Source: Myxococcota bacterium
GTDB taxonomy: Bacteria > Myxococcota_A > SURF-8
Length of the DNA stretch: 64,000 bases
Direction: 5' to 3'
Assembly (NCBI GenBank): GCA_965140415.1
Contig: OZ223209.1
Span: forward strand, 4,864,001-4,928,000
This document shows, one piece after another, positions 26,617 through 38,100 of this stretch. A program made the translations under genes and the position numbers. Under the pieces are notes generated by a model. That model was not told where the DNA came from and did no database searches. It saw only the letters and a list, made by a program, of their open reading frames with translations. The number at the start of each line of letters is the position of its first letter. The stretch's first letter is position 1.

Positions 26617-27204
26617 TTACTTGGCTTTGTTCAGGTTTTCCGCCACGAAATCCCAGTTCACCAGGTGATCCAGGAAGGTGTCGATGTACTTGGGCCGCGC
26701 ATTGCGGTAATCGATGTAATAGGCATGTTCCCAGACATCGATGGTCAACAGTGTCGGCGTACTGGTACGCACCGGCGTATCGGCATTGGCGGTTTTATCG
26801 ATTTTCAGCTTGCCGTTTTCCCAGACCAGCCAGGCCCAGCCGGAACCGAACTGCGTTGCGGCAGCATTGGAGAATTCCCGGCGGAAATCCTCGTAGGAGC
26901 CGAAATCCTTCTTGATCTGCTCTGCCAGTTCACCGGTCGGCTCGCCGCCGCCGTTTCCGGAAAGGCAGTTCCAGTAGAAGCTGTGATTCCAGGTTTGCGC
27001 TGCATTATTGAACACACCGCCATCCGCCGTTTGGATGATTTCTTCCAGCGTTTTGTTTTCTTCGGCCTTGCCCTTGACCAGGTTGTTCAGGTTGGTGACA
27101 TAGGCATTGTGATGCTTGCCATGGTGATAATCCAGCGTTTCCGGGCTGATATGCGGATTCAGGGCATCTTTGGCAAAGGGTAGATTGGGAAGTTCAAAAG
27201 CCAT
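26617..27204 (-). CDS. sodB: Iron superoxide dismutase
   Basis: HHGKHH, FNNAAQTWNH (Fe-type), FGSGWAW, DVWEHAYY; AAGGAG RBS. Confidence 0.95.
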   Translation of the reverse strand: MAFELPNLPFAKDALNPHISPETLDYHHGKHHNAYVTNLNNLVKGKAEENKTLEEIIQTADGGVFNNAAQTWNHSFYWNCLSGNGGGEPTGELAEQIKKDFGSYEDFRREFSNAAATQFGSGWAWLVWENGKLKIDKTANADTPVRTSTPTLLTIDVWEHAYYIDYRNARPKYIDTFLDHLVNWDFVAENLNKAK

Positions 27205-27437
27205 GATCGTCTCCTTTATCGAAAAATATGGATAAATGGTCCTTACTGGTTGTGTTTTCCGCTTGTGCTGCGGACCGTCCGTGCGCGTTAGCGCTGCATT
27301 TTCAATACCCCTTAATAAATACCAGCTGTTTGTTGATTACAACCAATCAGCGGTCCCATTCATTCCGGGGTCAGTCATTTCGTTAGAGCCGCAAATTTAC
27401 GATCTTATTTCATTAATTCCCGGCTATTCGGGATTCC

Positions 27438-28178
27438 TTACTTCGCTACCGCAGCAAACCGGGTTTCGACATCCGCCCAGTCTACCACATTCCACCAGTT
27501 CTGGATGTAATCCGCGCGTTTATTCTGGTATTTCAGATAATAAGCGTGCTCCCAGACATCCACCAACAACAGCGGTTGCGCACCGGCAAGCCAGCTACTT
27601 TGATGATTCAACACGCTAAGCACGTATAAGCGCTTGAAGCCGGGATGATACACCAAGACGCCCCAGCCATTGCCTTCGACCGTCTTGGCCGCCTGCGCGA
27701 ACTGTCCCAATAATGCCTGCTGCGAGCCGAAATCCTTGGCGATCTGCTTGGCCAGAGCGCCGGTCGGCGCGGCCTTGGCTACTCCTTTGGGTTTCATGTT
27801 GCTCCAGAAGACACTATGATTGATGTGCCCCGATCCGGCGAAGGCCAAATCGCGTTCCAGGATTTTGATGGAGGCGAAATCTCCCTTGGCGCGTGCTTCG
27901 ACCAGAGCTTTTTCCGTAGAATTCAACAGGTTGACATAGCCCTGATGATGTTTGCCGTGGTGAATTTCCATGGTTTGCGCATCTAAAAACGGCTCCAAAG
28001 CGTCATACGCATAAGGTAGTTTAGGCAATTGATGTTCTCCCACCGCCGGGGCCTGCCCACCAACAGCCAGAGGCGCAGCCGAAGCCGCCAGGCCAGCCCG
28101 CGCCACATTCGGAGCGGCAACCGCCGCCAAACCTCCCAATAGCGCCGCATTCTTCACGAATTCACGTCTGGTTGTCAT
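27438..28178 (-). CDS. Tat-exported Mn/Fe superoxide dismutase
   Basis: Twin-arginine signal TTRREFVK...ARA; HHGKHH, GSGHINH (Mn/cambialistic-like), EGNGW, DVWEHAYY; GGAGG RBS. Confidence 0.9.
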   Translation of the reverse strand: MTTRREFVKNAALLGGLAAVAAPNVARAGLAASAAPLAVGGQAPAVGEHQLPKLPYAYDALEPFLDAQTMEIHHGKHHQGYVNLLNSTEKALVEARAKGDFASIKILERDLAFAGSGHINHSVFWSNMKPKGVAKAAPTGALAKQIAKDFGSQQALLGQFAQAAKTVEGNGWGVLVYHPGFKRLYVLSVLNHQSSWLAGAQPLLLVDVWEHAYYLKYQNKRADYIQNWWNVVDWADVETRFAAVAK

Positions 28179-28320
28179 GGCTCCCTCCTATCTCGTTAGG
28201 ATTACAGGTATTCTTGCAATATCGTACCCTTAGATCTGCTGAAGGCGAATTCTATTCCAACCGATTTTTCCGCGATGCCGGTGGAGCCTATCACAAGATA
28301 TTGCGATTGGCTTTGAAAAC

Positions 28321-28407
28321 GGGTGGGATGGGCTAAGCGAAGAAAAACGCAGCTTACCCATGTGGCGCTTTAACACGGGCAAGCCAACGGCTTAGCCCGC
28401 GCCACCC
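28321..28407. repeat. 87-bp nested-hairpin dispersed repeat, family B, copy 3
   Basis: gggtgggatgggctaagc...gcttacccatg..cacgggcaagc...gcttagcccgcgccaccc. Confidence 0.85.
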
Positions 28408-28562
28408 AGAAATCAGACAGGTTTGTACCTTCTTGTCATGCTCCCATGCCGATGCCGCCGTCATGTCATCCCCGTTTTCCCTCGGCTCACGCTTGACTTA
28501 CGCGCCTGCACAATAGTACAGTCTTAATAATGATGTAATCTCCTCCGCAACCGGGGAAATCG

Positions 28563-29465
28563 ATGGTGATACCGACCCGTTTCATTCTGCGCGCGCTAAT
28601 ACTGGCGATCCTGCTACTGGGATGCTGCTGGACGGTTCCGCGTTCCGCCGAGGCCGCACATCCGCTGCGCTTGACCGACTACTCCCCGCAGAGCCGCATC
28701 ACACTGGAAATCGGCGGTGGTCAGATAGACGAGCCGCTGCCGGCAGATTTCATCCACTACCTGCTCGAAGCGGACATCAACGTGTATCAGGGGCTGCACA
28801 TCCAGTTCGGCATTCCCTTTTCCGGCTATTCCGGCATAGACGGCGGCGACAACTTCATCCGGGGCAACCTGCTGCTGGGAGCCACCTACCGCATGAGCCT
28901 GACCGGCTGGTTTCAAGTCGGTTTCGGGCTGAAGTTTTACCTGCCGACCTACGAACGCGCAGAAATCGACAACCCCGGCCTAGCACAAGATCCGCGCCGG
29001 GCGGTGCTGAGCCACTGGCACTATCGCTTCGGCTACGCCATGGAAGACCACGCGCCCATGGCCGCCGAAATGGCGCTGCTGTTCGAACACATGGGCTTTT
29101 TCACGCAACTGGAAGGGGCCTTCACATACGCGCCCATTGTCGATGAACCGGACGGCGTCAATCGCAAAGACAACGTGCTGATGCTGCAATATGGGCTAAG
29201 CGTTGGCTATGACATTCTTGGGTATGTGGAACTGGCCGCGACACTGGCCGGGCTTTGCGATCCCTCCGACGACGGCGCGAACCTGGGAGACATTGTCGGT
29301 CTGGCCGCTGATCGTCCCCGCAGTTTTCACGTTGTCAGCGTCGGCCCGCGCGCGCAATATAAATGGTTCGCCATTCGCTTCGAAGCCGCCTTTCCCTTGG
29401 AAAAACGTTTCCGCCAGACCTTTGACCCCTACTACACCGGCGCGTTACAGGTGCAGTTCCCATAA
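28563..29465 (+). CDS. Hypothetical outer-membrane beta-barrel-like protein
   Basis: Signal peptide ending AEA; alternating amphipathic strands; C-terminal GALQVQFP. Confidence 0.55.
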   Translation: MVIPTRFILRALILAILLLGCCWTVPRSAEAAHPLRLTDYSPQSRITLEIGGGQIDEPLPADFIHYLLEADINVYQGLHIQFGIPFSGYSGIDGGDNFIRGNLLLGATYRMSLTGWFQVGFGLKFYLPTYERAEIDNPGLAQDPRRAVLSHWHYRFGYAMEDHAPMAAEMALLFEHMGFFTQLEGAFTYAPIVDEPDGVNRKDNVLMLQYGLSVGYDILGYVELAATLAGLCDPSDDGANLGDIVGLAADRPRSFHVVSVGPRAQYKWFAIRFEAAFPLEKRFRQTFDPYYTGALQVQFP

Positions 29466-29491
29466 CCCACAGAGCGAAAAGGAGGGGGAAG

Positions 29492-31870
29492 ATGTTCTAC
29501 CGGGATGAAACGAGAAAGTGGGATTCCGGTTTGCAAGTTCCAGCATGGTGTCTGCTCTTACTGTGCGCCGCCCTGCTCTTTTCCTGCTCCAGCAATGACA
29601 CCGGAGTCGATGGGGATGTGGATAAGGAACATGTTGATGTAGAAAAGGGTGACACGGAAGAGAGACGCGAGCAAGAAACGGATTCAGATCCCGACTTCGA
29701 TAACAATGGAGATGCAGACCGCGACCTCGAACTGGATATGGATACCAATGATACTCAGGAAACCGAACCTGATTTAGAGTCTGATTCTGATTCTCCTGCC
29801 GATGGGGATCTGGAACAAGATGCCGATCTTGAATTGGAGATTGAGTTCGGTTTCGATTTCGACATCTATGATATTCCGGTTAGTGATGGAGATGAGGATG
29901 AAGAGCCTGCCCATGAACCGGATACCGAACCGGATGATGGATGGGAACTGTTCCTGCGTCCCGAAGAACCGTTGTTTGGAGACTGCGTTCCTGGAACCGC
30001 CAAGTGCTCCGAAGATCGCACCAAGGGCTATCTATGCTCCTATGAAGGCAAATGGGAACTCTGGGCCACGTATCGACCTCCGGCCTTTTGTGCAGGGTGC
30101 GAAGCCAAATTGGATCACATTTACGCCTGCACCGGGAGTTCCAATGATTTTCCCTGTACGGGCGCAAATGGGATTATCACCCCAAGCAATGCCATCTATA
30201 AGTACGGCGAGCGTCCCATCGTTGCAGTACAAGGCCCTGGCGGGCCTTGCGACTTAAGCAACAGAGGTGAAATCGATGTGGAGCATATTCGCTGCAAGAA
30301 CGACCCCTTTTATTGCGGTGAGGGAAAGGAATGCCTGTTGTTGTTCTACGGTGATACTGGATGGGGCGAATCCTGCGAAGAAACCCAATGGTACGGCTGC
30401 TTTTGGGAAGAACAGGCCAAGGTGATATACCCCTGCGCCAATGGCTGCACGGAGAGCGTTGGTGAAATCAATTCCGGAATGAATGTTCCCCTCTATGAAT
30501 CGGCGCGTTGCCTGGGAGAGGAACCACTGGTCGTGTTCAATCATGACTTCCCCAATGATATTGTGGATCGCAGCTGGTGCAGCTCATATATGGGAGGCAG
30601 TTATTACGATAAACGTATGTCTAGCCCGGATGACTATTGTAGTAATAATGGTAAAGAAGAACTCCGTTGCTATCACGGGATGTGTATTCCAACGGATTCT
30701 CCTTACTGCCAATGGTCTTTCGATTGCACAGACGGCAAGACTTGCGTAGAGGGTATCTGCCAGCCCTACGAGCCGAGTCTCGATGGCGATTTGGAACAGC
30801 CTGTTGAATTATGCGGAAATGGAGTTGTAGACGCTGAAAACAATGAAGTCTGTGATCCTGGGATGGAAGTGCTTTGCTCAGATCTGGGACGCCCAGGCTC
30901 CACGCAGTACGCTGTCTGCAAAGCAGACTGTTCCGGTTGGGAAGAGGATAATTGTTTGTGCGGAAACGGGCAACAGGATCCCGGTGAAGTTTGCGAACTG
31001 GGACAAACAGAAAGTTGTGAAGCACTCGGCGTACCGACCCCCGAAGCGGAAGCCGTCTGTGCGAGGGATTGTGCCAAATGGAATCCAACATCCTGTTCTG
31101 TAATGGAAGCGCCAGAATGGATTCCTATACCCGCAGGAACATACCAAATGGGTTGCGTACCACAGGATACGCTCTGTATTCCGGACGAATCACCGCGTCA
31201 TCCGGTTACGGTCGATGCGTTTGAGATATCGGAAACGGAAGTAGCTTATGTTCACTATCTTCATTTTCTAAACTCCCATGGAGCGGCTTGCGATAACCAC
31301 TCCTGTGTGGACATGAGTCTTGGGGCCCTTCCATTCAAAGAACGTGATGGCGTGTGGAACATGGATCTGGATAGAATTACAATTGCCCCTATGTCAGAAG
31401 TGACGTGGTATGGAGCTAAAGCCTTCTGCGAGTGGGTCGGTGGTCGTCTGCCGACCGAAGCTGAATGGGAATATGCGGCTCGTACCGGTTCGGATGCCAT
31501 CTATGCCTGCGGCGACGATCCGGCCTGTCTGGAAACAATCGCATGGTATGATCAAAATTATTACCATCAGAGTAGCCAATTGGAACCGAACGCTTGGGGA
31601 TTATACGACATGCAGGGCAATGTCTGGGAGTGGGTCGCCGATTGTTGGCATCTAAATTATGATGAAGCTCCCGGTACCGGAACACTCTGGGAGGGAGGCG
31701 ACTGCACCTATCGAGGAGTGCGTGGAGGCGGTTGGTATCACAACGTCCAATTTGTCAGCCCGTTTTTGAAATTACGGGTATCCAATCGGGATTGGTATCC
31801 TCCAGATTATTCCAGTGAATCACTAGGTTTCCGCTGTGTGCGAGATATCCAGGAAAGTAGCCCACAGTAG
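29492..31870 (+). CDS. Lipoprotein with acidic DGD linker, Cys-rich (CGNG myxobacterial disulfide-type) repeats and C-terminal FGE/SUMF1 domain
   Basis: Lipobox LLFSC-SS; CGNGVVD..EVCD and CGNGQQDPGEVCE; YQMGC, RLPTEAEWEYAAR, NAWGLYDMQGNVWEW, RGGGW, LGFRCVR; GGAGG RBS. Confidence 0.85.
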   Translation: MFYRDETRKWDSGLQVPAWCLLLLCAALLFSCSSNDTGVDGDVDKEHVDVEKGDTEERREQETDSDPDFDNNGDADRDLELDMDTNDTQETEPDLESDSDSPADGDLEQDADLELEIEFGFDFDIYDIPVSDGDEDEEPAHEPDTEPDDGWELFLRPEEPLFGDCVPGTAKCSEDRTKGYLCSYEGKWELWATYRPPAFCAGCEAKLDHIYACTGSSNDFPCTGANGIITPSNAIYKYGERPIVAVQGPGGPCDLSNRGEIDVEHIRCKNDPFYCGEGKECLLLFYGDTGWGESCEETQWYGCFWEEQAKVIYPCANGCTESVGEINSGMNVPLYESARCLGEEPLVVFNHDFPNDIVDRSWCSSYMGGSYYDKRMSSPDDYCSNNGKEELRCYHGMCIPTDSPYCQWSFDCTDGKTCVEGICQPYEPSLDGDLEQPVELCGNGVVDAENNEVCDPGMEVLCSDLGRPGSTQYAVCKADCSGWEEDNCLCGNGQQDPGEVCELGQTESCEALGVPTPEAEAVCARDCAKWNPTSCSVMEAPEWIPIPAGTYQMGCVPQDTLCIPDESPRHPVTVDAFEISETEVAYVHYLHFLNSHGAACDNHSCVDMSLGALPFKERDGVWNMDLDRITIAPMSEVTWYGAKAFCEWVGGRLPTEAEWEYAARTGSDAIYACGDDPACLETIAWYDQNYYHQSSQLEPNAWGLYDMQGNVWEWVADCWHLNYDEAPGTGTLWEGGDCTYRGVRGGGWYHNVQFVSPFLKLRVSNRDWYPPDYSSESLGFRCVRDIQESSPQ

Positions 31871-31880
31871 ACAACAATTC

Positions 31881-32050
31881 ATGTCGGACAAGAATTTTGT
31901 CCGACCTACGCCTGACCGAAACGTTACGCGCGGGATGCAATCCCGCACGATCCCAAGACAAGCGTTTAGCAGCAACATTTTCCCGTAGGTCGAATACAGT
32001 GTACCCGACATTTCCGATTGATGTCGGGCAAGACATTTGCCCGACCTACG
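31881..32050. repeat. Cluster of three GTAGGTCGG-type REP palindromes (family D), BIME/REPIN-like
   Basis: 31881-31910 (reverse), 31985-32011 (forward), 32021-32050 (reverse); consensus GTAGGTCGR-N-YCCGACAT; lies between convergent genes. Confidence 0.8.
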
Positions 32051-32098
32051 CCTACGCCAAATAACAAAACAAGAAATACCTGTTCCATCAAGCACCAA

Positions 32099-32127
32099 TA
32101 AAAACGGGGCGTCCTTTCGGACGCCCC
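32099..32127 (-). terminator. Intrinsic terminator of the giant gene
   Basis: Stem ggggcgtcc/ggacgcccc with a GAAA loop on the minus strand, followed by gttttta. Confidence 0.8.
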
Positions 32128-32163
32128 TAGTGTTAGAGGGTTAGAGTGGTTACGTCACATCCA

Positions 32164-35100
32164 TCAATCCTGGTTGGGCGACGGTGCGGCGCAACGGAAG
32201 CCGATGGTGTCGTAACCGTAATCCGGAGGCAAGTGACCGCGAGCCGCGCCGCGCGTTTGCGAGGCATTGTCGAACCACGAACCACCGCGATAAACCTTGT
32301 CCTCACAGTTGTTGATACAGCCCGTATCTCCACCGCAACCAAGCTTACACGCGGCCATCGTATCCAGGACCGGATCCTGACCGGCTGCCGGCACCGGATC
32401 GTAGTCGTTGGATGTCGGATACTTGCCGTACCAGTCGATGACCCACTCGTTGACGTTACCGGCCATATCGCAGATCCATTCGGCTTCTTCCGTGCTCCAC
32501 TCCTTCATACGACCATCAGAGGTCATAATCGTAGAACGTCCGACGGTCTGCGAATCACCGTCGAAGAAGCAACCGAAGGTCGTATCGCCCACCGCCGTAG
32601 CAGAGTAGTTCAACGGCTTCTGGTTGTTGAAGGACGCGTCATCCGGTGACGTAGAACCCCACGGCCAGATGTTGGGCGAGGAAAGCGGCTCCCCGGTACC
32701 CGCGTCGTAACGCCATTCACCGTGCGCAGCGGCTTCCCATTCATGTTCTGTGGGCAGACGCATGTTCTTCCACAAGCAGAACTGTTGCGCCTGATACCAA
32801 CTCACATTCAACACCGGGTAGTCGTTGAAGGTCGAATCGGTGAAGTAGTTGGGACGCGTTGCGCTTGTATAGCCCGCTTCCGGGTTACCCGAATGGTTTT
32901 CGCAACCGGTGGCACACTGGGAATCGACAGGCGAACAGTAATGACTGCCCGAACACTTCTGTCCGTTGGCAGGCAGATAACATTCCATCGATTCCGGCGA
33001 CCAGACCCAACCCGAGCCGTAGGTCGCTTCACAATTGGCTGTGTCGGTTCCCGGATAACAGGTCACGCCGTTGGTCGAGTAAGCCGTCTTACACGCGCGG
33101 TAGTCGGCATTGTTGACTTCCTCGGTGTAGAAGTAGAAGGCGCTGATCTGACCATAATGCGGCGTTTCGTCCGTCGGTCCACCACTGGAACCGAACAGGC
33201 CGATACCCGAACCGATACGCACCGAACCCGGAGGCGCCACATCAACCTTGATTCGGATGTGCTTGGGCTCACCCCAATCCAGGTATGGCTGGTTGTTCAT
33301 GTCCACGGCGTTGCTGCGCGCTCTCACATGCAGCCAGTAGATGCCATTGACGGTGAGCGATTCCGAGATCTTCTGGTAGATGTTGTGCGTCTGCGTGATC
33401 GTCTCGCCCACTTTGTCCGGACAGGAATCGATACAAGCCGTGTCCGTTCCACAAGCATCGCAGTCCAGGCTTACCGGCGGTTCCTGCTGGTTGAACAGCA
33501 AGCTGTATTCCTGCACACGCGGATCTCCGAATTCCGGCAGGTTGGTCGCGCCGGTATCGGTTGCACCGAAGTAGAAGACGGGCTCGTAGCAGTAGCTGGA
33601 ATCCGAACACCAGGTGTCGTCCGTTCCGCCGATATCGGGATTGTAGGTATCGTGCGTCGTGGAATCGATGACCGAAACCACAGGCGGCGTACGATCCAAG
33701 TTGATCTTGCGATGCGAGACATCACCCCAATCCGCGCCGGCAGCACAACTGATCGCCGCCACGTGGAACCAGTAGGAACCGTCCGCACGGTTATTGGTAT
33801 AGGTCTTGGATTGCGCTGGCAGGACGTATTCATTTTCCGGCGTCACCGGATCATTGCAGGTGCCGCAGACTTCCGTCCATCCCTGACCGGAGTTCGTCGG
33901 GTCGTAGGAACCGTCGTAATCGTTATTATCCAACCCGATATAGCGGTAGCACTTGACGCCGCTTCCCGCAAAGGCCGAATACTGCACCTGGATCGGCTGG
34001 TTATCCGAGTACCAGTTGTTGGCCTGCGGCTGATTGGGCACGGTGATGGCAGGCGGCGTAGCGCCATTCATCTCGACCACGATATGGTAACGCTGCACGT
34101 CGCTCCACAGGCTGAATCCACCCGTGGAATTGCGCGATGTGTTGCGGGCGCGCACGTTGAGATAGTAGCTGCCATCCGCAAGCCCCGAGTAGGTGCGGGT
34201 GAGTCCTGTAACGATTTCGTGTCCGTCCGTTGTGGAATCCGGATCGCAATCGCCCTCGTCTCCCGGACCGGCAGAAGCATACAGATTGATGCAGAAGTCC
34301 TTCAACTCAGACAGCGACTCAGTCGCAGTCCAGGAGAACTCCGGAGCATCGTTATGCACCGGCGTATGTTCCGGGTGCGTAGAGGATGTAATGCTCACGT
34401 TTGTAGGCGCGGTGTTATCCACGTTGACCAGGTACGTAAACGGCAAGCTCCACAGTCCGGCGCCGTTCTGTACGATCACCTTGAAGTACCACACACCATC
34501 TTCGGGGCTGGTCAGCGCCTCCGAGAAGTCGAACCCGCCTTCCGGATAAGCCTGTGCGGTACCACCCGGCGTAAAGACCGAATCTTTACTGATACCAGCC
34601 TTATAATAGGTGATACCAGACAGGTCGGAGGCCGTAGCGTGTGTCACGGCGGTCGTAGCCTGATACCAGTAGGTCTGCTCCGGATGCGATGTCGATTCAA
34701 TCGTCACCGCAGTCGGGCGCGTACCATCGATGAGAATACGCGAATGCGTACACGCACCCCAGGCTCCGGTTCCGTTCTGCGCCCTAACGTGGAAGTAGTG
34801 CGTACCGTCAGCCAGACTCGGCGTGGTGTAGGTGGTACCCGTACCCATTTCGGTGTTGCAGGTACAGGAGGTCGCATTGGCATCCGTGGAGTAACAGTAG
34901 TTCTGAATACCCGAATCGTCATCATCCTCCCACTCGAAGTAGGCGGTACGATCGGAGTTCCAGACATCCGGATCGTGCGACTTCACCGTGATGGTCGGAG
35001 CAGGCGGCGCTGTCGTATCGACATGAATCATGAACAGCGTCTGCGCTCCCCACAAGCCTGAACCATTGCGTGCACGTACGTAGAAGTAGTATGTACCGCT

Positions 35101-38100
35101 CGACTTCACGCCGGTCCACGTATTTCCATCTCCCATATCCGTTGTACCGGCATCACCCACAGAGGTGCGCATGGCATAGGAATAGGCCGAAATACCGGAA
35201 GGATCATCCACGGCTGACCAGGTCAACGTAATGGCACCACTGCTATACCACTCGTTCTGATCCGGATGCGTCGAGCTAACAACGATCGGTGCATCAGGCG
35301 GAGAGGCATCCACACGTAAGATGTAGGAATGATCCGGGCTCCACAGACCGGCACCACTCTTGGCACGGATATGGAACACCCAGATACCGTCGTCCAAGGG
35401 ACCGAGCGTATCGGTTTCCTTGGAAGCCGCCCACATAACCGTTTCCGGGGCGGTGCAGGTAGCAGGAGACTTACACAGCGCATAGCTGTAACCCTCGATC
35501 TCCGAATCCGCAGTAAAGCGCCAGTTCATCAACGGAGTGTTATTCGAATACCAGTTCGTCTGGCTAGCATGCGGATCTCCGTAAAGGTAAGACAGCGCAG
35601 GAACATCACTGTCGACCTTGAACAGCCACGGTGTACAACCATCGGCGGAAGAGTTGCAGTTGGACTCCCACTCATGATTGTCGTGGGTCTTGACCTTCCA
35701 ATAATAGTCATCGTTGGCCAAGTCGACCGGAGGCTGCCATGTGTTGGAGGTAATCCAACCGGAATCCCACACGTTGTCTCCTGACTCGGCATCTTCGCCG
35801 GTGGCCAGGAAGAACTTGTAGAATTCGATGTCGTCCGCATTCGGATCGACAACCGCAGAAGCAGTCAGGGTCGGACGTTTTTCCGCAACCCAGGTTCCGT
35901 TCGGCGCAGGAGCCACGTGGTTGGATTCCGGCAGGCGCATATTGGATTCGAAAGGCATACTGGGCGATGACCACGCGGTGGTGGTTCCATCGTAATCGTA
36001 CTGCTTATCGTAACCCTTAGCGTAGATACGGTTGTTCTGAGTATCTCCGTATCCATCCAGCAGCAACCAGCGGAAAGTCACCTCCAAGCGGTTATCATCC
36101 ACCTGCGTAACGGAACTCGTTCCACTGGAAAGCGCCACTAAATTATTCCCGTAGCCGCCTTCTTCGCTGAATCCTCCACCGCTTAGACAAGCCGGGAAGG
36201 AACTGCACGCCCAGCGGAAGTAGCCACGGGCATTGGTAAAGGAAGGCTCGCCGCTCTGTGCGACCACGATGTCCACGGTGGTAATGTTTTCCACTTCGTT
36301 TTCATCGTAGATCGTCACAACAGCCTCCTGGTAATCCAGGTAGCTCGCCCCGACCTTGACCACGGTCTGAGTGCGCGTGACCGATGAGATCTCGCACAGC
36401 TTGTTGATGCGAACGATGTAATGGGCGGTTTCACCCCAGGCCGCAGGAGCGGCATTGTTCTGCGCCCGCACATGGAAGTACCACACACCCGGCGTCAGAT
36501 CGCTGATGTCCGCTGTTCCCTTGACCTTGGTCAAGTCGTCATTGGGGGCCGTCCAGGAACCGTCGTCGCTCAAGCAGGCACCCGTGCATTCCGTGTAGCC
36601 GGTCAAACCGGTTTCCGGAATGGTGCCCACGTTTTTATCGATCAGGTAACCGAACTTGGTTACGCCGGAATAGGCCGCAGACCAGAACTGGAAGCTCGGA
36701 TCGTTGTAGTCTTCCGGGTACCAGGTATTCTGGTCGTCGTGAGTGCTGGACTCGACGATCGGCAGGAATGGACCGGTATCGATACGTACGCGGTAACTGG
36801 TGGTCGGTCCCCATTTCTTGGTATCGACCACGTTGTTGATGGCGCGCACGTTGAAGTACCACTCACCGCTGCTCAGAGCCACGGCAGGCGTATAGGTGGT
36901 TCCCATACCTTCACTGTCGGTATCCGGAATACCGGGGTTATCCGCTGTGAGGCTATAGGAGTAACCGGACACACCCGATAACAACGGAGTTCCCGGCGCC
37001 CACGTGAAGGTAGGCAATCCATTGTTCACCCATTGATCCGGATCGGGATGGGTGGAACTGCTCACAGTAGGTGCAGTGGGAGCCAGATCGATCTTGATCA
37101 GGCGATGCACCGGAGGCGTATACCAAACTCCCGTATTGGACTGGGACTTCACATGGAAGTACCACTGACCACTGGTCGGGAATGTATAGGAATCGCTCGT
37201 CACCGATCCGTCCACGATGTTCGCATCCGGATCTTCGGTGGCGTTCGTACTGAATTCATAGGCGTACTGCGCAATGCCGCACGCGCTGGCGCTGCTCCAG
37301 GTGACTGTCGTACCGGCTGCCGAGTACCAGGAAGCACTGTTCGACTGCGTGGTCACGCTGGTAACAGCCATCGAGGTAGGACCGGTATCGATGCGGACCT
37401 GGTAATGCTTGGCCGGTCCCCACAAGCCGGAATTCGACAACGCGCGGATATGGAACCAACGCGTTCCATCCGGCTCATCGCTGTAACCGGTGAAGTTGGT
37501 CGATCCCAGGTTCGCCAACGAGGCGCTGGTCCAGGACTCCGGCGGAGTCGGCGGAGCCGTATCGTCGATAACATAGAAGTAACCGTCGATACCGGAAGTC
37601 GCCTGACCGTTCCAGGTAAAGGTCGGGTCGTTGTTGCTGGAACAATCGTCATCGGTGTAAATATACAGCGTACCGGTGTCATGCGTCGGCGAGGTCAGGT
37701 TGCTGATCGTCGGCGGCGTGGCATCGATATTGACCTGGCGGTGACGATATTCCGACCAGAGGTTCGATCCGTTCTGCGCACGAACGTGCAGGTAGAACGT
37801 ACCGTCGGCAACGTCAGAGATACAATAGGTCGTCTGGTTATCCACGGTATGTACCGTAGCAGCATCACCCAGCGGTTCATCATCGAAGTACCATTCATAC
37901 ATTCCGATTCCGGAATCGTCCGAGGCACTCCAACCGAAGCAGACTTCACGATCCGGATACCACAAATTCTGATCCGGATGTGTGGTGGACCACACCGTCG
38001 GCGCTTCCGGTCTGGAAGCATCCGGTGAAGTCTCATCGATGACGAGCGAAGAAGCCGACACGTTTCCATCGGCATCCACCGCATCCACTCGGAAGTACCA

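Noticed and set aside
28179-28320. Mn2+ (yybP-ykoY) or fluoride riboswitch before the Tat-SOD
   Set aside because: Only an 8-bp long-range inverted repeat (gcaatatc/gatattgc); the conserved core motifs are absent.
31700-32300. DGR variable repeats in the other two FGE domains
   Set aside because: The 29492 gene has non-NNY codons at the expected sites. The giant-gene end is only partly NNY and does not resemble VR1/VR2 at the DNA level.
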